A stretch of DNA of 64,000 nt from Podarcis cretensis (taxonomy: Eukaryota): contig OX638161.1 of assembly GCA_951804945.1 (NCBI GenBank), positions 26,226,001 through 26,290,000 on the forward strand, read 5' to 3'. Made by a program: the position numbers and the translations under genes. Shown piece by piece: positions 39,943-50,715 of this stretch. Numbering within the stretch: position 1 is the first letter of the stretch; every line of letters begins with the position of its first letter. The notes under the pieces were generated by a model that ran no database searches, had not been told where the DNA came from, and was given only the letters and a program-made list of their open reading frames with translations.

Positions 39943-40017
39943 CGGAAGAAATTGCCATTAGCTGGCCCCGGATAACTGCCTTCACAGAGACCCGAGGGCG
40001 CCGAGGTTTGGCTCCTG
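39943..40017 (+). CDS. ZNF gene: diverged KRAB-B-like exon
   Basis: Long pyrimidine tract, ttag|CG...CCT G|gtaagt; 75 nt, phase 1-1; (A)EEIAISWPRITAFTETRGRRGLAP(G). Confidence 0.65.
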
Positions 40018-40623
40018 GTAAGTCCTTTATTCAATAGGATTTTAAGAAATTGTGTGTTACAAATCCTTCCTCTGTTCAACTGCCTAAAAGAGTGGAACTC
40101 ATTTCTCCCTCGTGAGCTGTAAGCCTTCCCCTCTCAAACTGCACTGAAAGGGAAGCTAGAATTTGCTCCCACGTTGCAGGGCTGCAGGAACGTTTGGCCA
40201 CAACCTTCTGAGGGCCACATGCCAGTAGTGGGTGGGGGCCAGGCAGAAGCGGACAGAGCGACGGATATGACTCTTACCTTTGCGTACAGCGGATGATGCA
40301 GAAATCAGGAGTTTATACACGCACACCCCACACCCATCTCTCCAGGCAAACAAGAGTCGTTATTAAAGGTCAAGGGCACATTCCAGCCAGGCAAAAGTTT
40401 TCAAAGAGGACATGTGGTGTGCAGCCTGGGAAGAGGTAGTGTGGCCTTAGGAAATTCCTGAAGGCTCAAAGAGAGCTGAAGGGCCCGCCCTGGTGTTCTC
40501 CACCTGTGTTTTGTTGTATGAGTTTCTTCCGATCATGGTCCTAAATATTTCAGTTTGTTAATAGTTGTAGACAGTCTTTGAAATTAGTCAGGTGCCAGGT
40601 GCATTTAGACATGACTAGCAGCC

Positions 40624-40972
40624 ACGTGGGTGGCGCTGTGGGTTAAACCACAGAGCCTAGGACTTGCCAAGCAGAAGGTCGGCGGTTCGAATCCCCGCAA
40701 CGGGGTGAGCTCCCGTTGCTCAGTCCCTCCTCCTGCCAACCTAGCAATTAAAAAGCACGTCAAAGTGCAAGTAGATAAATAGGTACCGCTCCGGCGGGAA
40801 GGTAAACAGTGTTTCCGTGCGCTGCTCTGGTTTGCCAGAAGCAGCTTAGTCATGCTGGCCACATGACCCGGAAGCTGTACGCCGGCTCCCTCGGCCAGTA
40901 AAGCGAGATGAGCCCTGCAACCCCAGAGTCGGTCACGACTGGACCTAATGGTCAGGGGTCCCCTTTACCTTT
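40624..40972 (+). mobile_element. Sauria SINE, near full length
   Basis: GGGTGGCGCTGTGGGTTAAACC head, GGTTCGAATCCC B box, CCTTTACCTTT tail, ACTAGCRGCCA flanks. Confidence 0.9.
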
Positions 40973-41975
40973 ACTAGCGACCACTAGCGGCCAAGTGAAG
41001 ATGCCTGGGTGCCAGGACGGTGCCTGACATCTCCACCATCTGGAGGTGCGTGCCTGGGGATCATTGAATCCGGACTGTTTTCACACACTAGTATCCCATC
41101 CTGTTATATTTTATCTGCACAATCAGAATGAATTTCAGGAACCAAAATGCTTTTTCTGTGCCACCTGAGCAGGAGCAGTGACCAACATTACAGTTAACCG
41201 CTTTAGCTTGTATTCACTTACTCCATTCCCACCGCCCTGCCCACAGTTGTGAAGACTATTCTTATGTTATGAATGGTTCATGTCACCATTAAGAAAAAGA
41301 GGTAGGGACAGGAATGTATGTGGACTTTTCTTCTTTTACGTTCTCAAAGTTCTTAATCTAGCTCAAGATTGTCATCTGAACTAGCCGGATGTTTAACTGA
41401 TAATCAATCACAGTCAGTCAAACCTTTGGAAAAATAAGACTTTAAAGCTGTCTTGTTCCAAAATGGCAACTAAACATTCCATTTTGGCGACTGTAACCTT
41501 GGTTTATTTGAGTTTCTAACACGGGCTGCAGAAAGGATGGAACCTCATTTACAAAATGTCGGGTACTCTGACGCAGGTGGTGACAATCGCTCCCAGCAAA
41601 GTAACCTCCCCACCCCCAAGCGAGAGCAGAGAAAGGCACCTAGCTAGAGCAGAGCCTCTGAGCTGCTTGGCTAAACCGTCAAATTCTCCCTTTACCATCC
41701 TCACTCTCCTGATTGGCTGTGTCTCCTCCCTGCCATGAACGGCTCTGGGCCTCCAGGATGACGACCCAATGGCGTGTCCCATCACAGCAATCCTGGAGCA
41801 GACAAAGACAGCCGTCTTGTCTTAACTTGCGCCATTTGTCCCAAGGGCACAATCCTCCTGCAACGTTTCGCAGGCCTTGGCCCTGTGTAAATTAGCTCAT
41901 GCCTAGAATAGACAACGGGGCTCCTAGGGCCCTCCATTCACATTCCTTTCACTTTGTTTCTCTCCCTCTTCCCAG

Positions 41976-42230
41976 GGCTAGAAATGGAACCTGAGCAGGG
42001 GCAATTGGCACCTTTGCAGGGGCAAGCAGCAGCAGCAGCGGCAGCAGCAGCTACAGCCGGCTCGAGTGAAGAAGGGATCCTGCCGGACTTCCGGAGGCAG
42101 CTCGGGGTGATCCTGCAGACTGTTGGCAAGGCACAAGTGGAGAAGATGCTGAGGGAGCTGGTGAAGGAGCAGGAGCAGCAGGGGAGAGTCAGGCGGCGCA
42201 AGAGGGTGACCCGGAGCCCCCGCCTTGGAG
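41976..42230 (+). CDS. ZNF gene: internal exon (poly-Ala, amphipathic helix, basic NLS-like RVRRRKR)
   Basis: ctcttcccag|GG CTA GAA ATG...GGA G|gtaagg; 255 nt, phase 1-1; possible second start ATG at 41984. Confidence 0.8.
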
Positions 42231-42650
42231 GTAAGGGCATCAGCCGGGGCAAGTGGAGCGTTGAGGCCTGGCCACCTTGCTTTGGGCAGCTGAAAAGGGG
42301 TGTGGCAGGCAGGATCGAGTTTTGCAGCAATCAGACACCACCATTTAATTCTTAACTGTTTTTAAGATCTGCGGCCAAGGATTTGCCTGCTTTTATTTCA
42401 AACCATGATGTGATATTCAGGGCTACCCTCCTGACCCCTCCAGTCATCTTGGGCTCCCTGGCTTACATAGTCTTCAGGCTTCGTCTCTTTCTCTCTGCCT
42501 TCTTACTAATTGCTCGAAACCCTCTGCCGTCGTGTACGGTGTGAGCTTTTTCTGGCTTAGCCTTTCTCCTTGGACACCCATCCTTCCGCTCCCTGCCACC
42601 TAAACCTTTCTTTTCTGCATAGCACCTCGGCCCTCAAATAAAACTTCGAC

Positions 42651-42838
42651 GTACCTCGGAAGTCGAATGGAATCCATTCCGGAAAGTCCATTCGACTTCC
42701 AAAACGTTCAGAAACCAAAGCGGGCTTCTGTTTGGCTGCAGGAAGCCCCTGCAGCCAATCGGAAGACGTGGAAGCCCCGTCAGATGTTCGGCTTCCAAAA
42801 ATAGTTCGCAAATCGGAACAGTCACTTCTGGGTTTGTG
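42651..42838. mobile_element. Partial Tigger/pogo-like MITE
   Basis: GTACCTCGGAAGTCGAA TIR-like start, internal palindrome TTGGCTGCAGG..CCTGCAGCCAA; the other end is missing. Confidence 0.55.
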
Positions 42839-43240
42839 GCCTCTGGGAGCCTCATTTTTCTCTGGCCCAGACAACCACTGTCAGCTGGCTCCTGTAGGCT
42901 TCCCTAGAAGGGAAAATGGCCCTCAGGGTGAAAAGGTTCCCTACCCCTGGTCCAGCCTGTCTTTTGTTGGTGCCAGGTTTTCAGGGTCTCTGCTGGACAT
43001 CTTTATTCCCCGAGATATTTTGACGGAGGGCTTAGAAATTGAACCTGGGCCCTTTTACATGCAAAGCATTCACTCTGCTTCAGAGCCTCTCTTGTGATCT
43101 GACGCAGCGCACTCTGTAAACTGACCACGAGCACCTTCTCAGGAATATGGAAGAGTGAGTCCAGCTCCCCCTTGTAGACATCATTGCGTTCTCCGCCCGC
43201 CCCAAGGCGCAGAAATTTATCCACCTTTCTGTCTCAGCAG

Positions 43241-44745
43241 GTGATGAAGCAGGTGGGCAGAACAACTCAGAGGCCTCACATGCTGGAACGTTGGAAGCCC
43301 CCACCATCCTGTCTAGAAAGCCATCTGCGAATGAGCTGCAGGTGCCCCTCTTGTGCCCGGGGCTGGTGGCAGGCCAAAAGCAACCCATTTCAGGGAAGAT
43401 TTTTCATGGGGATGCCAGAGGGTGTAAGAACAGCCTTGTCCACCAGCAGAGCCCTCTGGGAACGAGATGGGGCCTTGAGCCCCGGGAGAGCGTTGGCTGC
43501 AGCCCGCTCCACAGCATGAGCCGGGACTCCCAGGATGCCGCGAGAATCTGGCCGCCTTTTGGCGAAAGAGCCCAGTTTTTCTCGGCGTGGCAGAAACCAC
43601 GCTTCACCCAGAGACGCCGGCGCCCACCTGCAGGAGAGAAACCCCACCGCTGCGGGCAGTGCAGGAGGACCATTGTTGTCCCGCCACAGAGATCCAGCTC
43701 ACCTCCAAATTCCGCCTTGGCTCCTGTCCTGGATTCTGCCTCCGCCTCTTCTCTTGCCTTGCCTCTGAACTCTGTAGGGGCAGCAACTACCCAGCTGCCA
43801 GGTGGGAACTCTGTTTCAGCCCAGCCCCGGAAACCCCACGGCTGCGAGGAGTGTGGCAAGCGGTTCCGAATCCTTGCCAACTTAGAGCGGCACCAGCAGC
43901 GCCACGCAGTGGAAAAGCCTCACCAGTGCCGTGACTGCGGGCGCCGTTTCCGCTGGGGCTGCCACCTGGAGCGCCACCGGCGGTCGCGCCGCTGCGTGGA
44001 GTGTGGTGGGGGGCTGGCCACGCCACCTCCACCCCCGTCCCCGCCCCCGGAACCTGACCGGCCCTATTCCTGCGGCGAATGCGGGAGGCGGTTCACCCAG
44101 CGCTCGGCTCTCAGCAAGCACCGGCGGCTGCACTCGGGGGAGCGGCCTTATGGCTGCGGAGAGTGCGGCAAGCGCTTCCTGCAGCGCTCCGACCTCACCA
44201 TCCACGTGCGCTCGCATTCTGGGGAGCAGCCCTACGTGTGCACGGAGTGCGGCCGCCGCTTCAGCGTCAGCTCGAACCTCAGCAAGCACAGGCGCATGCA
44301 CCGTGGGGAGCGCCCCCACGCCTGCTCGGTCTGCGCCAAGCGCTTCCTGCAGCGCTCCGAGCTCCTCATCCACCAGCGTGCTCACACCGGGGAGCGCCCC
44401 TACCCCTGCACAGCCTGCGGGAAGCGCTTTGCTCGCCGGGCGCACCTCAAACGCCACCAGCGCACCCACGGCAACGTGCCTGCTGCAACCACTGCCTCTC
44501 GTCACCAGAGTGCCCGTCTGCTGGCCCCCTCCGCAGCAGATACCACACCTCTTCTTGAACATGAAGGGGCACCCGATGCCCTGGAGTCACGCCCCTGCTC
44601 CAAAACACATGCTGCCGGCCCACGCCCACCAGCATCCGAGCCTGTCTTTTCAGCAGGCCGAAGTCCTGTGGGTGCTGCTTCCCTGGGCCTTCCATGGGCT
44701 GTGACCTCCTCCGCCCGCCTCCCCTTCTGTTCCAGTTCTCTTTGA
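43241..44745 (+). CDS. ZNF gene: terminal exon with the C2H2 array (6 intact fingers, 1 atypical, remnants)
   Basis: tctcagcag|GT GAT GAA in frame with ORF 43291-44745; C-x2-C-x12-H-x3-H fingers with SGERP/TGERP linkers at 43843-44469. Confidence 0.92.
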
Positions 44746-47700
44746 TTTTGCTGTAGCTTTCCTGTATCCCTGCCCTTTGTCACTCCCTCGCGACCAGCAG
44801 GCTCCTCGGTTGAACCTCAGAGGCCCAGCTCTGGGTAGATGTAGTAGGGGCAGACCAGTTTCCAAAGGAGCAGGGGAGGCAGCAGGCAGTAGCTTGTATT
44901 TGTGGACCCAGCCCTTGTTTGCTAGGAAGCCTGGTGGTTTTCTTTTGCTCCCCCCCCCTCCTTGGAGCCTGCTAGGCTCTGCGTAGGGCCCCGATTCTGT
45001 GGGTGAGATGGAGCGAGTAAGCTGGGCATGCCAAGACACTGCGTGAGATGTCAGCTATGTTCCCTGGACTTTTGATGGGGCTCTTTAGCACCAATCAATG
45101 TGACCCATTTGGGCGCATTATTTAAAGTCTGCGGGACAGGGGTTAGGTAGGCTACCTTTGTGGATTTGGGGAGGGAAGCACCCCGGGTCGATCGCAGCTA
45201 ACCATTGCAAGCCGTCATTGTTGCTTGTGAGACACAGTAGGTCACTGGCATGCACTTCTGAGACAAACATGCACGGATACTTGCTCTCCTGACATCGTCC
45301 AAGCACATGGTCACCTATCCTCCCCGCCACCCCACCCCACCCTTATAATTTTGTAAATGTCATTAGGGCTCCTCCTGACACTCTAACCCTGGTTCTTTTT
45401 GGCTGACTGTCTCTCCTTGACCAGACTGCCTTTGTTTCCTTTTGCGGGAAGAAAAGCTCAACGAGGCTTCTCCCAAGTGCTTGGTCCCACTTCCCGAGAC
45501 AAGATGGCACACTTGGCCATGCTGTTGAGTCCCTCTCACAGGAAAAAACGCTGACTGTGGCATAATCTGGGAAGTGGGTTGTGTGTGCAGCTTGTGGGAC
45601 CCAACACAGCTCGTGCTTCTCTCTTCTGCCTGCAAAGAAGTTTCATGGCAAGGTCCAAGCCCTGGAAGATCTGGGACCACAGTGCAAGAAACAAGCCAAA
45701 AAGCAAGAAGGATGTTCACTGATTCTTCAGAGCAGTTCAGAAGCAGAGAAATGGTCCACTGAGTTGTGTCAGGATTTGAACTCGGTTGCTGCTTGTTGAA
45801 TATGAGACAAAATGGCTGGTGCCTTCAAAAGGGGCTATAGTGCTTCCTTCACCATTAGCTCCCGAGAAAGCAGGCTGACAGGAAGAGAAGCGGGAGACAT
45901 CTGCTTTGATCAGAATTGTGGACTAGAACAATGGCGGAGTTGGGGGTGGGTGGGGAGTCTGGTTTTTACAGCCTCATATGTTTTCCAGCTCTAGTGAGAA
46001 TGGTAAAGTTGCTGAGTTGGGCTCAACCCCACGTGGCCTGTACCACTCTCTAGGACTGTTTCCAGCTCTATGGTAGTTTACCAGACCAGTGTTACTTCTC
46101 CAGTTGCTTGTACATTCCTGGTACCTTTTGGACTGGTGTTTCATGGCTAGGGGTGGGATCAGAGGGCTCTAGAGTAGGGAGGGGGTTAATAATAACTGAT
46201 TTAGGACTAATACAGTAGAACTTTGTTTTATCAAATCTTAGCATGGAGTGTCTTTAACCAACACAGAAAAACGATGAATCCAAAACTGTAGATGTAAATG
46301 AATCCAATAGAATATTTTGCAACTCCCTTCCCCCAAAGAAGATATTTTGCACCTCCAAGACTTAAATGTGAATTTTGTACAAGTATTTCGGGTTTGGTGA
46401 GGACAGATCCTCAGAACCCGGGTTTTGCTAGGTTCAAGGCCATTTGCCTCCATTTGACAAGTGTCTGGATGTGGGAAAATGTGTCACTTTTTCAATTTGT
46501 GCAATTTTCATTCTTTTTTTGGGGGGGGGGTCAAAGTTGTCATTACAGTTGCAGCTGTAATGCACATCTTCTGCCACTTTCTGACCTATGTGCGTTTTAA
46601 AAACATGAATAGGGAAGCAAGTGGTCCTAAGCACAGCTGCAAGAATGGCATTGCTAGCTTGATAAAAAGTGAAAATTTGGGTTTTGTTCACATACCTTGG
46701 ATTGTTTTGGAAGAGTTTAAAAGGTTAGGCTGCAAACCGTAACCCCACTTATCAGGGAGTGATCCCCAGTGGATCCAAATAGGAGTTTCTCAGTAGGTCT
46801 GCACCAATTAGCTAAAGCCATTCTGATTGGCTCAATTCTCTCTCCTGTCCTTTAACTGATCTACAAAAGTGGGGAAATGGAAATGCTGTGAAAGAGCATT
46901 GACAGACATATTTGCGTTTTTAGTGTGTCAGATATGGCAAAAAAGTGGTGCTCATCAGCTAGGCTTTGCAGGGTTCTTGGGGAGGGAAAAGCATTCATTT
47001 TAGCTATGGAGAGGGAGAAGACTTCCAACAGTTGGAACTCTCTGTGTGTAAAGGAACTATGATTCTTTTTAAGATACTGGGTGTGGGTCGTTCTTCACGG
47101 CCCTCCTTAACATATTCACACAAGGCTTTGCTGCTGCAAGGCGGTTAGCCCATAGGTATTGCCAAAGGAGTTTTACATTCAGTTGGGATAGTACTTGAAT
47201 GGTTTGATAAAGTAATAGAAACATTCCAGGTCCAACTTGTAGCTACCAAGCTGAACTTAGCTCATTAGTGACATGGTGAAAGAACATGGGGGGAGGGAAG
47301 GGGGAGGAGAAACCCAAGGTCCTACTTGGGTCCATTGATTTCAGTGCGACTAAAATATGACTTAAGTTAGGATCCAAACTGGTTTTGCAATCACAGGCAC
47401 CAAAAACAGTTTAGTGATTTGCTGGTAGGTTGCGATTTAGGTTTGGTGAGTCGTAAGTTACGCAGGCCTGCTTTAAACTTAATAGAGTTGGGTGATATAG
47501 AGTATTCTTGCCAGCCACCTAGAAGAGTCTAGATAGGTAATGGACCATTGATGCGGGGATTCAGTATCAATTCCTGATAGCACCAAGGCTTCATTTGTGC
47601 ATACTCCTCCCTTCCAAGTTACTAACAAATAACTAGGCTATTTCTAAAGGCTGATTTGGGGACTTCACTGGTAAAGGTACTTAGTACAGTCACCAAGATA

Positions 47701-48304
47701 AACCACCCTAGCAAATACATCGCACAAAAGGCATGAGTAGATCTAGGGTTTGACCAGTGAGCCTCAACTGAAATGCTCATGATGAATCCATTGTCTCTCC
47801 GATGTGGAACTGGGCATGAGACCATATGTTGTGTTCAAAATAAGATTCCTACATCAAGTAAACCCAAATTTTGCATCAACCTGAATTTTCAGACGCTGTG
47901 ACCTGTATGAGCTATATAAATTGGCCCATATTTTGTTAATCATGGGAAAGACGTACAGAGCATTTCCTCCTCAGCACAGGGATCCTTCTCAGACTCCCTG
48001 GCTTCTGAGATCTCACCTGGTTTGTATATCATGCTCATTTATTTTCAGATCTATCTTGACATGTATAAGGACTAGAAGCTTGCTTGTAAAACTCAAAACT
48101 AACAAAAAGCTGAGATTTTCAGGCTGCTGGATTTTGTGTCCAGTGCTGTTTCATATACACATGTGTGTGGTGCTTATTACAGAATATGCAGAGGCCTTGC
48201 TCAGTTCCCTTGGGTGGGAGAAAGGGCCTGACTCAGAGCAATTCTCCTACATATAATTCTTAAAAAATAGAAAAGTGCAAGCAGGGACTGGGATGGTGGT
48301 GGTC

Positions 48305-48310
48305 TTTATT
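48305..48310 (-). terminator. Candidate CRHR1 polyadenylation signal
   Basis: AATAAA on -, ~940 bp past the stop, followed by a U-rich tract. Confidence 0.5.
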
Positions 48311-49251
48311 CAGAGATATCAAAACAAATGCATGAATACCCTCATTCCACTTTGGGGCTCAAGGGGGCTTCCCATGGGCATAAGTTTGGTGCAAACTGAA
48401 ACAACTATTCAGCAGACTATGGAAATACTGGGTTGGTTGCCTTGCTGAGGTCAGAGGATTTACAAGGCATCAGCTCCTGTTTTGGCGGCTGCTGCAACAG
48501 CTGGAATGAGGAAGAACACTGGAATGGCACTGTTGGCTCCCGCTCAGCAGTCTCACAAATGGTTAAAAGAGATGTCTGAAGGAAGGTGACAAGCAGGTGT
48601 GATGGGGATGTCCACCTGCTCTTTTCAATCCCCAGGATCAGGTAGTCGGCAGCCCTGAATTCAGAGTTTGTGCTTTTGGCTCTATTTTGGCTATTAGCCA
48701 CATATGTATCCTTCCTGAACCATTCAGATCCTGTAAAATATGTCAATGGCCAACTCGGCATCTTGTAGCTAGGGAGTTCCCAAAAAGAACCTCTTCCTTT
48801 GGTTTTGCTTATCTATCAACTCCAGTGGAGGGTTTTGTGTTTTTTTTAGTTGGAGAGTGAACCACCCACCCCTCTGCTCTTTCCACAGCACTTGTGTGAT
48901 TTCATAACCCTTTCCCCGATCTGTTAGCGAATTGACCAAAGAGCTCCAGACGGCATGGGAAAGTGAAGTAAGCCACACCTTCGAAGAACGGTATGTTGGG
49001 GCTGTCGCCTCCGACTTCCTGTTGCTTCAGAGCCACCAGAACCTCCCGAGACTTGCAATTCTAGCCGCGTAGAATATGAGGCTTCAGCCAACAGAATGCA
49101 GGCGACAATCTCCAGGGACTTTTCTGAGCCAGAACTCCAGATGGGGAGGCAACAAAAATCCTGTCTTTTGCTGCTGGCAAGTCCTGACCTGTCCTGTCCT
49201 GTCCCACAACTTCAGCAAAAGGTATTGGCCCCACGGTTTAGAGCAGCAGCC

Positions 49252-49392
49252 TCAGAGAGCCGTCGACTGCTTGATGCTATGGAAGCTGACGCGCGTTGGG
49301 GAGGTGGGGATGGACATAGCCCTGGCGACTCTGGCTCGGATGGAGTGCTTGTCCTGCCACCGGTGCCATCTCTTCCGGACTGCAGAGCGAAC
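49252..49392 (-). CDS. CRHR1: CRHR1 last exon
   Basis: [46 protein letters not shown]. Confidence 0.96.
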   Translation of the reverse strand, partial: VRSAVRKRWHRWQDKHSIRARVARAMSIPTSPTRVSFHSIKQSTAL

Positions 49393-49768
49393 CTGGGGAG
49401 ACAGGCCACAAATACCCATAAATGTACTGTAAATAAAGGGTCATCTGCCAATTAAAAAGGGGTGACAGATTTAATGGAGAACAAGGCTTGTGAAGGGATG
49501 GGGGATGGACCACCAGCAGCCTTTCAGGTGCTGCTGGACTATAACTCCCATCGTCCCTGACCATTTAGCTGTGGCTGATGGGAGTTGGAGTTCCAAGTAC
49601 ATCTACAGGAAAGCTTCAGCAGGTGGAAGAACTTTGGGGTTTTGTTCCCGGCGGTAGAAGGGGCTGTACACACTGAAAATACCCTTTCCCAAAGTTATTC
49701 ACAGCATAGGGGTGCCTCTGTGAATCTGTAGGACTAGCAGCCTTCTTGCACTTTATATTAGTATGCTA

Positions 49769-50123
49769 AGGTAAAGGTAAAGGGACCCCTGACCATTAGG
49801 TCCAGTCGTGACCAACTATGGGGTTGCAGCGCTCATCTCACTTTATTGGCCGAGGGAGCCGGTGTACAGCTTCCGCGTCATGTGGCCAGCATGACTAAGC
49901 CGCTTCTGGCAAACCAGAGCAGCGCACGGAAACGCCGTTTACCTTCCCGCTGGAGCGGTACCTATTTATCTACTTGCACTCTGACATGCTTTCGAACTGC
50001 TAGGTTGGCAGGAGCAGGGACCGAGCAACGGGAGCTCACCCTGTTGCGAGGATTCGAACCGCCGACCTTCTGATTGGCAAGTCCTAGGCACTGAGGTTTA
50101 ACCCACAGCGCCACCCGCGTCCC
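49769..50123 (-). mobile_element. Sauria SINE, full length
   Basis: GGGACGCGGGTGGCGCTGTGGGTTAAACC head, (ACCTTT)n tail, 15-bp TSD TATATTAGTA[T/G]GCTA at 49754-49768 and 50124-50138. Confidence 0.92.
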
Positions 50124-50673
50124 TATATTAGTAGGCTACTGGTGAGTTAATCAGGATTAATGGCCACCTCTGATTCCATAGGGTCTCCAAGGATGAATAT
50201 GTAAAAAAAAAAAAATTCTTAAAAAAATGTGAGTGTCACCATGCAGTGTAAAATCTTTCCTGGAGCTATTCCATCTGAGTGCTACAGGCAGCAAGAGAGG
50301 GGGCAACATAAAATCCTTCAATTTGAAATGGATTGGTCATAGAAAAATTGCTGAAAGGGAGAGATGTCGTAGCACGGTCATTTTCCTGAGTTTTCCCCTG
50401 CAGGGATGTTTTGACAAAGAGGCAGTTTGTACTGCTTCATTTGCAGAAGCACCAGTTCTGCTGTCATCCTGTTCTCCTAAGCATGAGGTTTCATCCTCTG
50501 CTTTGGGATGATTTGTCTCTGCCCATAGTAATTGATCTTGCCCCTGTGCCAACCCCTTGATCTGGCGATTCATCTGTTTTTCAAAAGGCTGTATGATAGA
50601 CTGAGCAGCATGCAAGTTGAGACCCAGCAAGCCTCCCCCATCTCTGCCCACTCATTCCCCAACCCTGGCTCAC

Positions 50674-50715
50674 CTCACTGTTCAGGAAGCAGTAGAAGAC
50701 AGAGACAAAAAAGCC
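50674..50715 (-). CDS. CRHR1: CRHR1 42-bp TM7 exon
   Basis: GFFVSVFYCFLNSE; aatcag / gtgagc. Confidence 0.96.

Larger units (their letters stand above)
39372..44745 (+). other. Unnamed C2H2 zinc-finger gene with relict KRAB; 4 coding exons, 1869 nt, 622 aa
   Basis: 39372-39405 + 39943-40017 + 41976-42230 + 43241-44745 splice through three phase-1 GT-AG introns into one stop-free ORF. Confidence 0.75.

Noticed and set aside
43404-44783. Several long alternative-frame and antisense ORFs over the zinc-finger exon
   Set aside because: Expected shadow ORFs of GC-rich C2H2 coding sequence; no recognisable domains
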